Notes: generated by a model from the letters alone, not told the origin. DNA of 64,000 nt from an uncultured Acidobacteriota bacterium (GCA_963822445.1 CAWGHO010000002.1:2080001-2144000); one strand, 5' to 3'; shown: positions 30,732-40,923, counted from the first letter of the stretch. A program made the numbers and translations.

Positions 30732-32650
30732 CCGAAGGCCGCCTCCCGCGCCGACGCATCCTCATCTGGCTCGCCGTTCTCCTCGCCCTCGCGCTCGTGA
30801 CCTGGGCGCGCATCTGGGTCATCGATCACCTGCGCGATCAGGGCTATTTCGCCAAGTACGTGACCTTCGCCGATCAGGTCCTGGCCGGCGAGATTCCCCG
30901 GAATCGCATCGGCGACGTCAGCCCGGCCTATCTCTGGTTCATGGTCGCCCTCCGCGCGCTCGGACTCGGATTCGAAGCCGTTCGTAATCTGCAGATCGCG
31001 ATGCTCAGCGTGGCCGCGCTGTTCTGCGCGCTCGCCGCGCGGAGGCTCGGAGGTTGGGTCGCGGCGATTGCCTGCGCGATTCTGATTTTCGGCAATCGCT
31101 CCGGGCTGATCGTCGGCGCGGAGATCGAGCCCGAGGCGTTGATCTTTATTCTCAATGCTGCGGCGATCCTTGCCGTCGTGCGGCGGAACTGGGTCATGGC
31201 CGGATTGCTGATCGGTCTTTCCGCGACGGCCAGACCCGTGGCGCTGTTGACGGTGATTCTGATCGCCGGCTGGGCGCTGCTCGAATCGCGACGCGCGGCG
31301 ATGGTCGTGCTCGCAACCGCCGCGGCGCCGATCGCGCTGGTGATGATCGTCAACGGCTCCCTGACCGGCCACGTCTTCATCATGCAGCCCGGCTCGCAGT
31401 TGTACGAGGCGAACAATCCGCTCGCTACCGGTTGCGCCGGCGTGTTTCCGCAGATCGTGGCCGACATTCAGCGCACGTCGCCGGAGCCTGATTACCTTCA
31501 CGTCGCGTATCGCGTCATCGCCGCGCGCGCGACAGGACAGGCCGTCGACGCGAAATTCTCCAATCGTTACTGGCGCGACAAAGCCATCGCCTTCATGACT
31601 CACTATCCGATGGCGGCGCTCGAGCTCTTCAGCTGGAAAACGCTGCTCACGGTTCACCACTACGATATCTACGATCTGGTGACGACGAAGCGGAAGAGCA
31701 TGGAGTTGTCGCGTTATCCGGCGATTCCGTTCGGTGTCGCATTCATTCTGTCGATCGTCGCCTTCGCATTGCGGCCGAATCGTCGCGAGCTGTTGCCCGT
31801 CGCGATCTTCGCGTTCGCCACGTTCGTCGCGCTGATCGTCTTCAACGTCAGCACGCGCCAGCGCCTCGCCCTTCTCCCAACGCTCGCCATCCTCGGCGGA
31901 GTCGGCGTCGCCGAGCTCGTGCGACTGGCCCGGGCTCGCAGTGAAAAAGCGCTCTTCGCCTTCGCCGGCGTCATGATCACCGTCCCTCTCCTCGGCATCG
32001 AAGGCACGCCCATGCGCGAGGACTCGTACAACTGGTGGTCTGCGCTGCGGGCGATGGACGTCCGCGCGGAGGCGTTTCGGGCTCGTGAAAAGGGGGACCG
32101 TGTGCGCGCGATCGAGCTTGCGTCGGCAGCCTCGATTCTCGAGCCCGCGCAGCCGCCGCTCGTTACGAACGCGACGCTTGGCCGCGCCGCCCTTGCCTCC
32201 GCCTCGCAGGTCGATTCCCCGCAACGGCTCTTCGACATTGCCATCGCCCTGGAGAAGGCCCGCGCCTGGCGGGAGGCCGAGGCGATTCTGGCGAGCATCG
32301 AGGATTACCGTCCTCGCCGCGAAAATCGCGTCGTTTCATCAGTTGCGTATTACCGCGCGCGCGCCGCTCTTCACCTTCGCGCGCCGCGGATGACCTTCGT
32401 GAATCACATCGATCGCGCGATCGCCGAGGCGCCGGGCGATCCGCATGTGCTCGCGCTGCGGTCGGTGACCGTGGATCCCGAGGCGCGGAAGGTTCTCGAC
32501 GACCTCCACGACCCCTTCACCCGCGACCTGGCCCTGGCCATCGCCCACGCTGACCTCGGCGACAAGCAGAAAGCGACGGCGTTGCTGAACGACCTCGCCA
32601 GGCGACTCCCGGAATGGCCCCGCCCAAAAGACGCGCTCGCCGAGCTCTGA
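30728..32650 (+). CDS. GT-C/PMT-like polytopic membrane protein with helical-repeat C-terminus
   Basis: SPAYLWF, EPEAL and GLSATARP patterns typical of ArnT/GT39-like proteins. Confidence 0.6.
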   Translation: MTEGRLPRRRILIWLAVLLALALVTWARIWVIDHLRDQGYFAKYVTFADQVLAGEIPRNRIGDVSPAYLWFMVALRALGLGFEAVRNLQIAMLSVAALFCALAARRLGGWVAAIACAILIFGNRSGLIVGAEIEPEALIFILNAAAILAVVRRNWVMAGLLIGLSATARPVALLTVILIAGWALLESRRAAMVVLATAAAPIALVMIVNGSLTGHVFIMQPGSQLYEANNPLATGCAGVFPQIVADIQRTSPEPDYLHVAYRVIAARATGQAVDAKFSNRYWRDKAIAFMTHYPMAALELFSWKTLLTVHHYDIYDLVTTKRKSMELSRYPAIPFGVAFILSIVAFALRPNRRELLPVAIFAFATFVALIVFNVSTRQRLALLPTLAILGGVGVAELVRLARARSEKALFAFAGVMITVPLLGIEGTPMREDSYNWWSALRAMDVRAEAFRAREKGDRVRAIELASAASILEPAQPPLVTNATLGRAALASASQVDSPQRLFDIAIALEKARAWREAEAILASIEDYRPRRENRVVSSVAYYRARAALHLRAPRMTFVNHIDRAIAEAPGDPHVLALRSVTVDPEARKVLDDLHDPFTRDLALAIAHADLGDKQKATALLNDLARRLPEWPRPKDALAEL

Positions 32651-32652
32651 GA

Positions 32653-32682
32653 CTCATCACTCATTCCTCATCCCTCATCACT
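32653..32682 (+). repeat. Four tandem heptamers CTCAT(C/T)(A/C)
   Basis: ctcatca-ctcattc-ctcatcc-ctcatca in the intergenic gap before glgE. Confidence 0.7.
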
Positions 32683-32719
32683 GAGAAAGGGCATGCCCCC
32701 TGCACCGTGAACCCGCGAA

Positions 32720-34714
32720 GTGGTTGAGTCGAGAGACGGTAGAAGTCGGGTCATCATCGAAGCCGCGTCACCTGAGGTCGACAGCGGCGCCTTTCCAGCG
32801 AAGCGCGTGGCCGGCGACGTAGTCATCGTCGAAGCCGACATCTTTGCCGACGGCCACGACCTGATTTCCGCGATCGTCCTCGAGAAACATGACAGCGAGA
32901 AGAAGTGGCGCGAAGTACGGATGCGGCCGCTCGTCAACGATCGCTGGCGCGCCGAGTTCACGGTCAACGCGCTGGGCTTCCATCGCTTCACCATCGAGGC
33001 CTGGATCGACCACTTCCTGACCTGGCATCGCGACCTGAAGAAGCGCGTCGATGGCGGCGCGACCGAAGACGAGCTTCGCGTGCAGCTGCTCATCGGCCTG
33101 CGCTCCATCAAAGCAGCCGCGGAGCGGGCGGGCGCGCGCGATCGTCGCAAGCTCGAGCCGTTCATCGCCACGATCGAAGGGGACGATCCGGTCCTCGAGA
33201 AGATCGAAGACCTCTGGAGTGAAGACCTCCTCGAACTGATGTGGCGCAATGCCGAGCGCAATTTCGCCACGCGATACCACAACGAGCTGTCCATCGAAGT
33301 CGATCGTCCCCGCGCCGCGTATAGCACGTGGTACGAACTCTTTCCCCGATCCACTGCGGCGGAAGAGGGAAGGCACGGCACCTTTCGCGATGTCGAGGCG
33401 CAGTTGCCTCGCATCGCGAAGATGGGCTTCGACATTCTTTATCTGCCGCCCATTCATCCCATTGGCGAGACCTTCCGCAAGGGCAAGAACAACAAGGTGA
33501 GCGCCGAGGCGAAGGATGTCGGCAGCCCCTGGGCGATCGGTGGCTCCCAGGGTGGGCACAAATCCATTCATCCCGACCTCGGAACGATCGAGGATTTCGA
33601 GCACCTCGTTGCCAAGGCCAAAGACCACGGGATGGAAATGGCGATGGACATCGCCTTCCAGGTCTCGCCCGATCATCCATACGTGAAAGAGCACCCCGAG
33701 TGGTTTCTGGCGCGTCCCGACGGCACGATTCAATACGCCGAGAATCCGCCCAAGAAATACCAGGACATCTATCCCTTTCACTTCGAGACCGAGGGCTGGC
33801 GCGCGTTGTGGGACGAGCTCCGCGACGTCTTCGCATTCTGGGTCGGCAAGGGCGTGAAGGTCTTTCGCGTCGACAATCCGCACACCAAGCCGCTGCCGTT
33901 CTGGGAGTGGTGCATCCGCGAGCTCAAGCGGGAATGGCCGGACCTGATTTTTCTGGCCGAGGCTTTTACTCGGCCGAAGATCATGTACAGGCTGGCCAAA
34001 GGCGGGTACACCCAGTCCTACACCTATTTCGCCTGGCGCAATACGAAGTGGGAACTGGCCGAGTATTTCGAAGAGATCACCAAGCCGCCGGTCAGCGACT
34101 TCTTCCGGCCCAATGCCTGGCCGAACACGCCGGACATCCTCACCGAATTCCTACAGTACGGTGGACGCGCGGCCTTCACTCAGCGGTTGATCCTCGCCGC
34201 GACGCTCTCCGCGAATTACGGCATTTACGGGCCGGCGTATGAGCGCTTCGTGCACGTCGCGCGCGAGCACGGCAGCGAGGAATACCTCGATTCCGAGAAA
34301 TACGAGGTCAAACACTGGCCGCAGACCGATGACGATCTGTCGGAGATGATCGGCGTGATCAACCGGATCCGCCGCGAGAATGTCGCACTGCAACAGAACG
34401 ACACGTTGAAGTTCCACACCACGGACAACGAGCAGATCATCTGCTACAGCAAGGCCGCGGCGGAGAACGCGATCATCGTCATCGTCAATCTCGACCCTCA
34501 CAATCCGCACTCCGGCAACATCGATCTGGATCTCGACGCCCTCCGCCTCGACGCGTCGCGGCCATTCCAGGTTCATGATCTCCTCAGCGGCGCGCGCTTC
34601 ACCTGGCACTCAGGCCGTAACTTCATTCAACTGAATCCGCACATCGTCCCGGCGCACATCTTCAGAATCCGGCGGCGCGTCCGCACGGAGCGTGATTTCG
34701 AGTACTTCCTGTGA
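32720..34714 (+). CDS. glgE: Alpha-1,4-glucan:maltose-1-phosphate maltosyltransferase
   Basis: WYELFPRS, YAENPPKKYQDIYP, FRVDNPHTKP and NTPDIL motifs. Confidence 0.95.
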   Translation: MVESRDGRSRVIIEAASPEVDSGAFPAKRVAGDVVIVEADIFADGHDLISAIVLEKHDSEKKWREVRMRPLVNDRWRAEFTVNALGFHRFTIEAWIDHFLTWHRDLKKRVDGGATEDELRVQLLIGLRSIKAAAERAGARDRRKLEPFIATIEGDDPVLEKIEDLWSEDLLELMWRNAERNFATRYHNELSIEVDRPRAAYSTWYELFPRSTAAEEGRHGTFRDVEAQLPRIAKMGFDILYLPPIHPIGETFRKGKNNKVSAEAKDVGSPWAIGGSQGGHKSIHPDLGTIEDFEHLVAKAKDHGMEMAMDIAFQVSPDHPYVKEHPEWFLARPDGTIQYAENPPKKYQDIYPFHFETEGWRALWDELRDVFAFWVGKGVKVFRVDNPHTKPLPFWEWCIRELKREWPDLIFLAEAFTRPKIMYRLAKGGYTQSYTYFAWRNTKWELAEYFEEITKPPVSDFFRPNAWPNTPDILTEFLQYGGRAAFTQRLILAATLSANYGIYGPAYERFVHVAREHGSEEYLDSEKYEVKHWPQTDDDLSEMIGVINRIRRENVALQQNDTLKFHTTDNEQIICYSKAAAENAIIVIVNLDPHNPHSGNIDLDLDALRLDASRPFQVHDLLSGARFTWHSGRNFIQLNPHIVPAHIFRIRRRVRTERDFEYFL

Positions 34715-37700
34715 CAAACGAAGACTATTGGTACAAAGACGGGATCATTTACCAGACGCACGTTCGAGCCTTTTTCGACTCGAACGATGACGGCATCGGC
34801 GACTTCCAGGGCCTGACCAGGAAGCTCGATTACCTGCAGGACCTGGGGATCAACATCCTCTGGCTCCTGCCGTTCTACCCGTCGCCGCTGCGCGACGACG
34901 GGTATGACATCGCTGATTACACCGCCGTCAATCCCGCTTACGGCACGCTCGCCGACTTCAAGGCCTTTCTGAAAGAGGCCCATCGCCGCGGGATCAAAGT
35001 CGTTACGGAACTGGTCATCAATCACACCAGCGATCAGCATCCCTGGTTCCAGAAATCGCGGCGCGCCAAGCCGGGCAGCCCCTGGCGTGACTTCTACGTC
35101 TGGAGCGACACGCCCGACAAATACACCGACGCCCGGATCATCTTCAAAGACTTCGAGACTTCGAATTGGGCCTGGGATCCGGTAGCCAAGGCTTACTACT
35201 GGCACCGCTTCTTTTCCCATCAGCCGGACCTCAATTTCGAGAATCCCGCCGTGCACGATGCCCTGATCAAGGCCCTCGATTTCTGGATGGACATGGGTGT
35301 CGACGCCTTCCGGCTCGATGCCATTCCGTATCTGTTCGAGAGAGAAGGGACCACGTCCGAGAATCTGCCCGAGACGCACGCTTACCTGAAGACCATTCGC
35401 GCACACATGGATAAAAAGTATCCGGGGCGGATGCTTCTGGCTGAGGCCAACCAGTGGCCGGAAGACTCCCTGCCGTATTTCGGCGACGGCGACGAGTGCC
35501 ACATGGCCTTCCACTTCCCGGTCATGCCGCGCATGTACATGTCCCTGGCCATGGAAGATCGCTTCCCGATCATCGACATCATGAGCCAGACCCCGCCCAT
35601 CCCCGAGAACTGCCAGTGGGCGATGTTCCTGCGCAATCACGACGAGCTCACGCTGGAGATGGTCACCGACGAAGATCGCGACTACATGTGGCGCACCTAC
35701 GCCAAGGACAAGGAAGCGCGCATCAATCTGGGCATTCGCCGCCGCCTGGCGCCGCTGATGGACAACCATCGCGGCCGCATCCATCTGATGAACGGCCTGC
35801 TCTTCTCGTTTCCGGGGACGCCCATCGTCTATTACGGCGATGAGATCGGGATGGGCGACAACATTTATCTCGGCGACCGCAATGGCGTGCGTACGCCCAT
35901 GCAGTGGAGCGCGGATCGCAATGCCGGGTTCTCCCGCGCCAATCCGCAGCGGCTTTTCTTCCCGGTCATTATCGATCCGCAGTATCACTACGAACAGGTC
36001 AATGTCGAGGCCCAGCAGTCCAATCAGTACTCGCTGCTCTGGTGGATGAAACGTCTGATCGCGTTGCGGAAGCGCTACAAGGCGCTTGGTCGCGGCTCCA
36101 TGGAATTTCTGCACAGCGAGAACCGGAAAATTCTCGCGTACGTGCGACGGTATGAAGACGAGACCATCCTCGTGGTGGCGAATCTCTCCAGGCTCGTGCA
36201 GTGCTTCGAGCTCGATCTGACCCAATATCGCGGGATGGTTCCCGTCGAGCTGTCCGGTGGTACGAAGTTCCCGGTGATCGGCGAGCGGCCGTACTTCCTC
36301 AATCTCGGGCCCTTCGCCTTCTACTGGTTCACCTTGCAGCGCGAAGTGGCGCCGGAGGTTACGACCGAGGATGCGCCGCTGGTTTCGGCTCGGACGTGGG
36401 ATGAGGTGTTTGCGGCGCGCAGTCGTGATGCGATTGAGCGCGCGTTGCGCGGGTATCTGCCGACGCGGCGGTGGTTCGGCGGCAAGGCCAGGGTCATCAA
36501 CAGTGTTTCCGTTCGCGACGCCATTGAGCTTCCCAATGACATGCGTTTGTTGCTGCTTGACGTCGAGTTCACCGACGGTGAGCCTCAGATGTATCTGTTG
36601 CCGGCTGCGATTGCGAATGTGCGGCGCGAGCAGGATCAGGGCCGCAATCTGCCGGTCATCGCCCGGCTTCGTGAAGGAGCCATTCTCTACGAGCCTGTGC
36701 AGGAAGAAGCCTTTGCCGGCGCGCTGCTGGACACCATCGCCCGCAAACGCCAGCTCAAAGGGAAGCATGGCAGTGTCGTGGGGTTGAGCACCCGCGCGTT
36801 CAAAGACCTTCGCGGGCCCGACAAACAGCTCGAGAGCCACGTCCTGTCCGCCGAGCAGAGCAATACCGCGATCCTGTACGGCCAACGGCTGTTCCTCAAG
36901 CTCTTCCGGCGGTTGGAGAGCGGGATCAACACCGACTTCGAGATCACCCGTTTCCTGAATGAAGAGACCACTTTCGCGAATACGCCGCGCGTTGGCGGCA
37001 CGCTCGAGTATCGTCTCGACAAAGGAGGCGAGCCGACGACGGTCGCCATCCTGCAGGGCTTTACTGCCAACAGTGGCGACGCCTGGGCGTACACCCTCGA
37101 TGCCATTGGCCGCTATTTCGATCATCTGCTGAGCGATCCCGCGGCCGCCGACCGCATCGCCAAGGTCACCCCGCACGATGATGTCTTCGCCCTTTCCGAA
37201 AAGCCCGCCCCCGACATTGCTCGCGAGACCATTGGCGGCTATCTCGCCGACGCGGAATTGCTCGGCGTGCGCACCGCGCAATTGCATCTCGCTCTTGCCT
37301 CGCGTGACGACGACCGCGCCTTTGCGCCAGAACCGTTCACGCCGCACTACCAGCGTTCCATTTACCAGTCCATGCGCACGCAGATCGTGCAGACCATGCA
37401 GCTGCTGCGGAAGAACCTCAAAGATCACCCCGAATACGCTGAGCTGCTCGACAAGGAGACTGAGCTGCACGATCGCATCCGGGACATCCTCAACGGAAAA
37501 ATCGACGCCCGCCGCATCCGCATTCACGGCGACTATCACCTTGGCCAGGTCCTCTACACCGGCAACGACTTCGTCATCATCGACTTTGAAGGCGAGCCCG
37601 CCCGCCCCTTGAGCGAGCGTCGCATCAAGCGCAGTGCCCTCCGCGACGTCGCCGGCATGCTGCGCTCGTTCCATTACGCCCCTTACGCCGTCCTCTTTGG

Positions 37701-37974
37701 CACCGCCCCCGGCTCTTACGTCCGCACCGAAGACCTGTCCCGCCTGGAAACCGGCGCCCGCTTCTGGCACCACCACGTCGGCGCCGCCTTCCTCCGCTCC
37801 TACCTCGCCGAGAGCGCGAAAGGCTCGCACCTGCCGGCCGACCGCGCCCACACCCGCATCCTCCTCAACGCCTACCTGCTGGAGAAGGCGCTCTACGAGA
37901 TCGTGTACGAGATGAACAACCGGCCGGACTGGGTGAAGATCCCGATGCGGGGGGCGCTGGAACTGCTCCGGTAG
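34711..37974 (+). CDS. treS: Trehalose synthase fused to maltokinase (TreS-Pep2)
   Basis: RLDAIPYL, AEANQW and LRNHDELTLE in the N-terminal part; AEQSNT, IHGDYHLGQVL and IDFEGEP in the kinase part. Confidence 0.95.
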   Translation: MTNEDYWYKDGIIYQTHVRAFFDSNDDGIGDFQGLTRKLDYLQDLGINILWLLPFYPSPLRDDGYDIADYTAVNPAYGTLADFKAFLKEAHRRGIKVVTELVINHTSDQHPWFQKSRRAKPGSPWRDFYVWSDTPDKYTDARIIFKDFETSNWAWDPVAKAYYWHRFFSHQPDLNFENPAVHDALIKALDFWMDMGVDAFRLDAIPYLFEREGTTSENLPETHAYLKTIRAHMDKKYPGRMLLAEANQWPEDSLPYFGDGDECHMAFHFPVMPRMYMSLAMEDRFPIIDIMSQTPPIPENCQWAMFLRNHDELTLEMVTDEDRDYMWRTYAKDKEARINLGIRRRLAPLMDNHRGRIHLMNGLLFSFPGTPIVYYGDEIGMGDNIYLGDRNGVRTPMQWSADRNAGFSRANPQRLFFPVIIDPQYHYEQVNVEAQQSNQYSLLWWMKRLIALRKRYKALGRGSMEFLHSENRKILAYVRRYEDETILVVANLSRLVQCFELDLTQYRGMVPVELSGGTKFPVIGERPYFLNLGPFAFYWFTLQREVAPEVTTEDAPLVSARTWDEVFAARSRDAIERALRGYLPTRRWFGGKARVINSVSVRDAIELPNDMRLLLLDVEFTDGEPQMYLLPAAIANVRREQDQGRNLPVIARLREGAILYEPVQEEAFAGALLDTIARKRQLKGKHGSVVGLSTRAFKDLRGPDKQLESHVLSAEQSNTAILYGQRLFLKLFRRLESGINTDFEITRFLNEETTFANTPRVGGTLEYRLDKGGEPTTVAILQGFTANSGDAWAYTLDAIGRYFDHLLSDPAAADRIAKVTPHDDVFALSEKPAPDIARETIGGYLADAELLGVRTAQLHLALASRDDDRAFAPEPFTPHYQRSIYQSMRTQIVQTMQLLRKNLKDHPEYAELLDKETELHDRIRDILNGKIDARRIRIHGDYHLGQVLYTGNDFVIIDFEGEPARPLSERRIKRSALRDVAGMLRSFHYAPYAVLFGTAPGSYVRTEDLSRLETGARFWHHHVGAAFLRSYLAESAKGSHLPADRAHTRILLNAYLLEKALYEIVYEMNNRPDWVKIPMRGALELLR

Positions 37975-38091
37975 CCGTATCAGGATCTAGCCGGCGTAGA
38001 AGCTGAGTCGTATAACCCGCCGTCGCGGGGATTTTTCGCTACGCCGCGTAGAATCCGTCGCACCGCTCGAAAGCCGAGGGATCCTCGGTGA

Positions 38092-39057
38092 ATGACCGAC
38101 AAACCGAGGCTCATGGATCGGGTGAGCGGGGAGTTGAGAGCGCGCCACTACAGCCGCAGGACAGAAGAAGCGTACGTAGGCTGGATCAAGCGATTCATTT
38201 TCTTTCACAACAAGCGACACCCTGCGTCGATGGGTGGTGACGAGGTCAATGCGTTCCTCACGCATCTCGCGACGAACGAGAACGTTAGTGCGCCGACGCA
38301 GAATCAGGCGCTCTGCGCGTTGCTGTTCCTCTACAGATTCGTGCTGCAGGATCCCTTGCCGTGGCTGAACGATGTTGTCCGCGCGAGACGGATTCAGAGA
38401 CTTCCGGTTGTCGTGACGCCGGACGAAGTGCGATTGGTGCTGGCGCAGATGAGAGGTACGTCGCTGCTTGTCGCACAACTCCTTTACGGTGGCGGCCTGA
38501 GGCTTCTCGAGTGCCTTCAGTTGCGCGTCAAGGACCTCGATTTCTCGCGCCGCCAGATCTACGTCCGCGACACGAAAGGGAGTCGTGATCGCGTCACGCT
38601 GCTGCCCCAGGCGGTCATCCCGTTGCTGAAGGAGCACATCGAGCGTGTCCGGGCGCTCCATGATGCCGACCTGAAACTGAATTTCGGGTCCGTGTGGCTC
38701 CCCACAGCGCTTGCGCGGAAGTTTCCCAATGCGGACCGTGAGTTCAAGTGGCAATGGCTTTTTCCCGCGACCACCCGGTACGTCGACCGTGAGAGCGGCC
38801 TTGAGCGCCGCCATCACCTTCACGAGACCGCGATCCAACGCGCCGTTCGCACCGCGGCGCTGGCTGCGGTCCCGGACAAACGCGTGACCTGTCATACCTT
38901 CCGTCATTCCTTCGCGACCCATCTCCTCGAGCGCGGGAACGACATCCGCACGGTCCAGGAGCTTCTCGGCCATCGCGACGTATCCACGACGATGATCTAC
39001 ACCCACGTCCTGCGCCTCGGTCCCCTCGGCGTCCGCAGCCCGCTCGACCCGTTTTGA
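38092..39057 (+). CDS. intI: Integron integrase
   Basis: [10 protein letters not shown]; catalytic R (GLRLLE), [14 protein letters not shown] and TMIYTHV; IntI-specific insertion [23 protein letters not shown]. Confidence 0.97.
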   Translation: MTDKPRLMDRVSGELRARHYSRRTEEAYVGWIKRFIFFHNKRHPASMGGDEVNAFLTHLATNENVSAPTQNQALCALLFLYRFVLQDPLPWLNDVVRARRIQRLPVVVTPDEVRLVLAQMRGTSLLVAQLLYGGGLRLLECLQLRVKDLDFSRRQIYVRDTKGSRDRVTLLPQAVIPLLKEHIERVRALHDADLKLNFGSVWLPTALARKFPNADREFKWQWLFPATTRYVDRESGLERRHHLHETAIQRAVRTAALAAVPDKRVTCHTFRHSFATHLLERGNDIRTVQELLGHRDVSTTMIYTHVLRLGPLGVRSPLDPF

Positions 39058-39307
39058 GGACGAACGTTATGGGACCTTCTACCCGTACGCATAGCGCGTC
39101 TCGCTCGGATGTCTCTCGTGCACACGAACCAGCAGAGCGCGAATGCTGGGTTAGACAGCTTCGAGGGTCGTCTCTCCGTCGCATAAGTCTCCGCAATCGA
39201 CGGTCGCGTACCATTCTCATTCTCACAAAATGCGCTAGTGTCTCCTCACGAGGCCGTGTTATGCAGCGCGAATGCAGTCCGCTACCAGCCTCTCGCGAGG
39301 GGCGGAA

Positions 39308-39411
39308 GTAAGGGTCAAAGGGGGCTCCGGAGCAGCACGTTATGGAGTGATCAGCTTCGCGTGCTCTTGCCGTTAAGCCTTGAGGGGTAAGGGTCGAAAT
39401 AGAAGTTAGGC
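39308..39411 (+). other. Putative attI site (crossover G/TTAGGC at 39405)
   Basis: GTTAGGCCG is the exact complement of CGGCCTAAC ending cassette 1 and has no upstream attC arm. GTT heptamers at 39339, 39372 and 39405; direct repeat GTAAGGGTCRAA at 39308 and 39387. Confidence 0.75.
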
Positions 39412-39541
39412 CGACGGAAGAACGCTCGGCGTCCTTGTGTGCCCTTCGTCGAAGGCCGAACGCTACTATGTGCACGTTTCGCCCTCGCAGCGCCGCAAGG
39501 TGCGATGCGGCCGCCACCCCTCGCGCGTCGCCTAAGGCGCC

Positions 39542-39985
39542 TCAGGCCTTGGTGGCGGCGGCCTCTTCTTCCTGCCGTGAGAGTCTGGAGTCCACAGACT
39601 CTCCAGGCATCGCGTCGAAGTCCGGATCCCAATCGCCCACATAGATCGCATTGCCATCTTGATCGACGAAGTTGACGTAGTTGCCGGCTTCGGACTCAAT
39701 GATCCCGCTAACCTCGACGCCATGGCTGCGCAAACGGTCGGCGTACGCGTCGATCGATAGGTCCGGCGATAGGACGAGCCCTATTTGCACGGAGCCGTTC
39801 GTGCCTGGCTTCGGAACGTTCTGCTTCCAGGGATGCAGGCCGATCAGCAGGCTCTTGCCCGCCAACACGGTGGCCCAGTGATCGCCGTACCGGTTAGTGA
39901 GTCTCAGCCCCAGCACGTCCGTGTAGAACCGAATGGCGTTGTCCATGTTCGAGACATAGATCGTCGCGTTGCCTCCGTAAATCAT
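39542..39985 (-). CDS. Cassette 1: VOC/glyoxalase family protein
   Basis: IYVSNMDNAIRFYTDVLGL and FVDQDGN motifs; AAGGAG RBS. Confidence 0.88.
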   Translation of the reverse strand: MIYGGNATIYVSNMDNAIRFYTDVLGLRLTNRYGDHWATVLAGKSLLIGLHPWKQNVPKPGTNGSVQIGLVLSPDLSIDAYADRLRSHGVEVSGIIESEAGNYVNFVDQDGNAIYVGDWDPDFDAMPGESVDSRLSRQEEEAAATKA

Positions 39986-40027
39986 GGCTGACAGCTCCTT
40001 TCTGTTTGGAGGATACTCTGGCATCCC

Positions 40028-40402
40028 ATGCGCGCCGCAAGGATCCACTTCAAGGGCCAGTTCGCTGTCGACCGCGCGCGCGACGAGCCACTCTCGCTGC
40101 AGATCGTCCGTAAGCTGCAGCGCGCGATCGAATGCGGAGGCGTGCCTCGCGGCGCGACACTCCCGTCATCGCGGGCGCTGGCGCGCGCGCTCGGGGTCTC
40201 CCGCAACACGGTGCTCAGCGCCTACGACGAGCTGAAAGCTCGTGGGTTGATCGCCGGGCGCCGCGGCTCAGGGATGCAGATCGTCGTACCTGGGGCTGTG
40301 AGAAGCTTCGATCTGCGACGGCTCCTGCGCGAGGCACAGTTTCCGGCGCGCAGGATCACAGTCGAGGATCCCGACGGTCATGCCATTTCAGTAGGCTACT
40401 GA
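40028..40402 (+). CDS. Cassette 1: GntR-family winged-helix regulator
   Basis: LPSSRALARALGVSRNTVLSAYDEL..RGLI..RRGSG. Confidence 0.88.
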   Translation: MRAARIHFKGQFAVDRARDEPLSLQIVRKLQRAIECGGVPRGATLPSSRALARALGVSRNTVLSAYDELKARGLIAGRRGSGMQIVVPGAVRSFDLRRLLREAQFPARRITVEDPDGHAISVGY

Positions 40403-40563
40403 TTCTGACACACATGCTCCGTGTCTTCGCAGGGATCGTGGGGGTGCGACCCGCAATCGAGCTTGAGCCGACCGATCATCCCCTTGCCATCCACAACGTG
40501 AAGCATCGAGCTGGCGGAGCTTCAGCGTATCGTTCAACAACTGCTGCACGCCAGCTGATCGCG

Positions 40564-40753
40564 GCCTAACTTTGGTGTGAAGCCGACAGCGGGCCGTTTG
40601 CCGCGCCCGGCGGCCGAGCCGCCTCGCTCGTCCAAAAGCGCACGGCGTCACGCCGCTTGCATTCGCGCTGGTCATTAATCGGCGACAAGCGGCGTGCCGC
40701 TCTGCCCGCTCGCATGTGGGGCCTCGCTGCGGCTTACACCAAGCACGTTAGCC
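40564..40753 (+). repeat. attC 1 (190 bp; TTTGGTGTGAAGC/GCTTACACCAAG arm type)
   Basis: GCCTAAC ... GTTAGCC with paired L boxes and an extrahelical G. Confidence 0.9.
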
Positions 40754-40923
40754 GGACGGAACGGCCACGCGTCGCATTTGGCGCGGGCGAAGGAACGAAG
40801 GCGAAACGCGACGGCCGCAATCGTGACCGGAGCCGACCATGCTGCCCAGTTTATCGCCTGCGTCGCCACTCGACTATGACGAACCGGTCCGCCTGCTTGC
40901 AGCCGTCTGACGGAGGTGAACGA

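Noticed and set aside
34627-37851. 1074-aa antisense ORF opposite treS, and similar long shadow ORFs in the first 38 kb
   Set aside because: Typical stop-poor antisense frames of high-GC coding DNA; no motifs, and fully overlapping well-supported genes.
37975-38091. Proteobacterial LexA box controlling intI
   Set aside because: No CTGT-N8-ACAG is present; a lineage-specific SOS box cannot be judged by eye.
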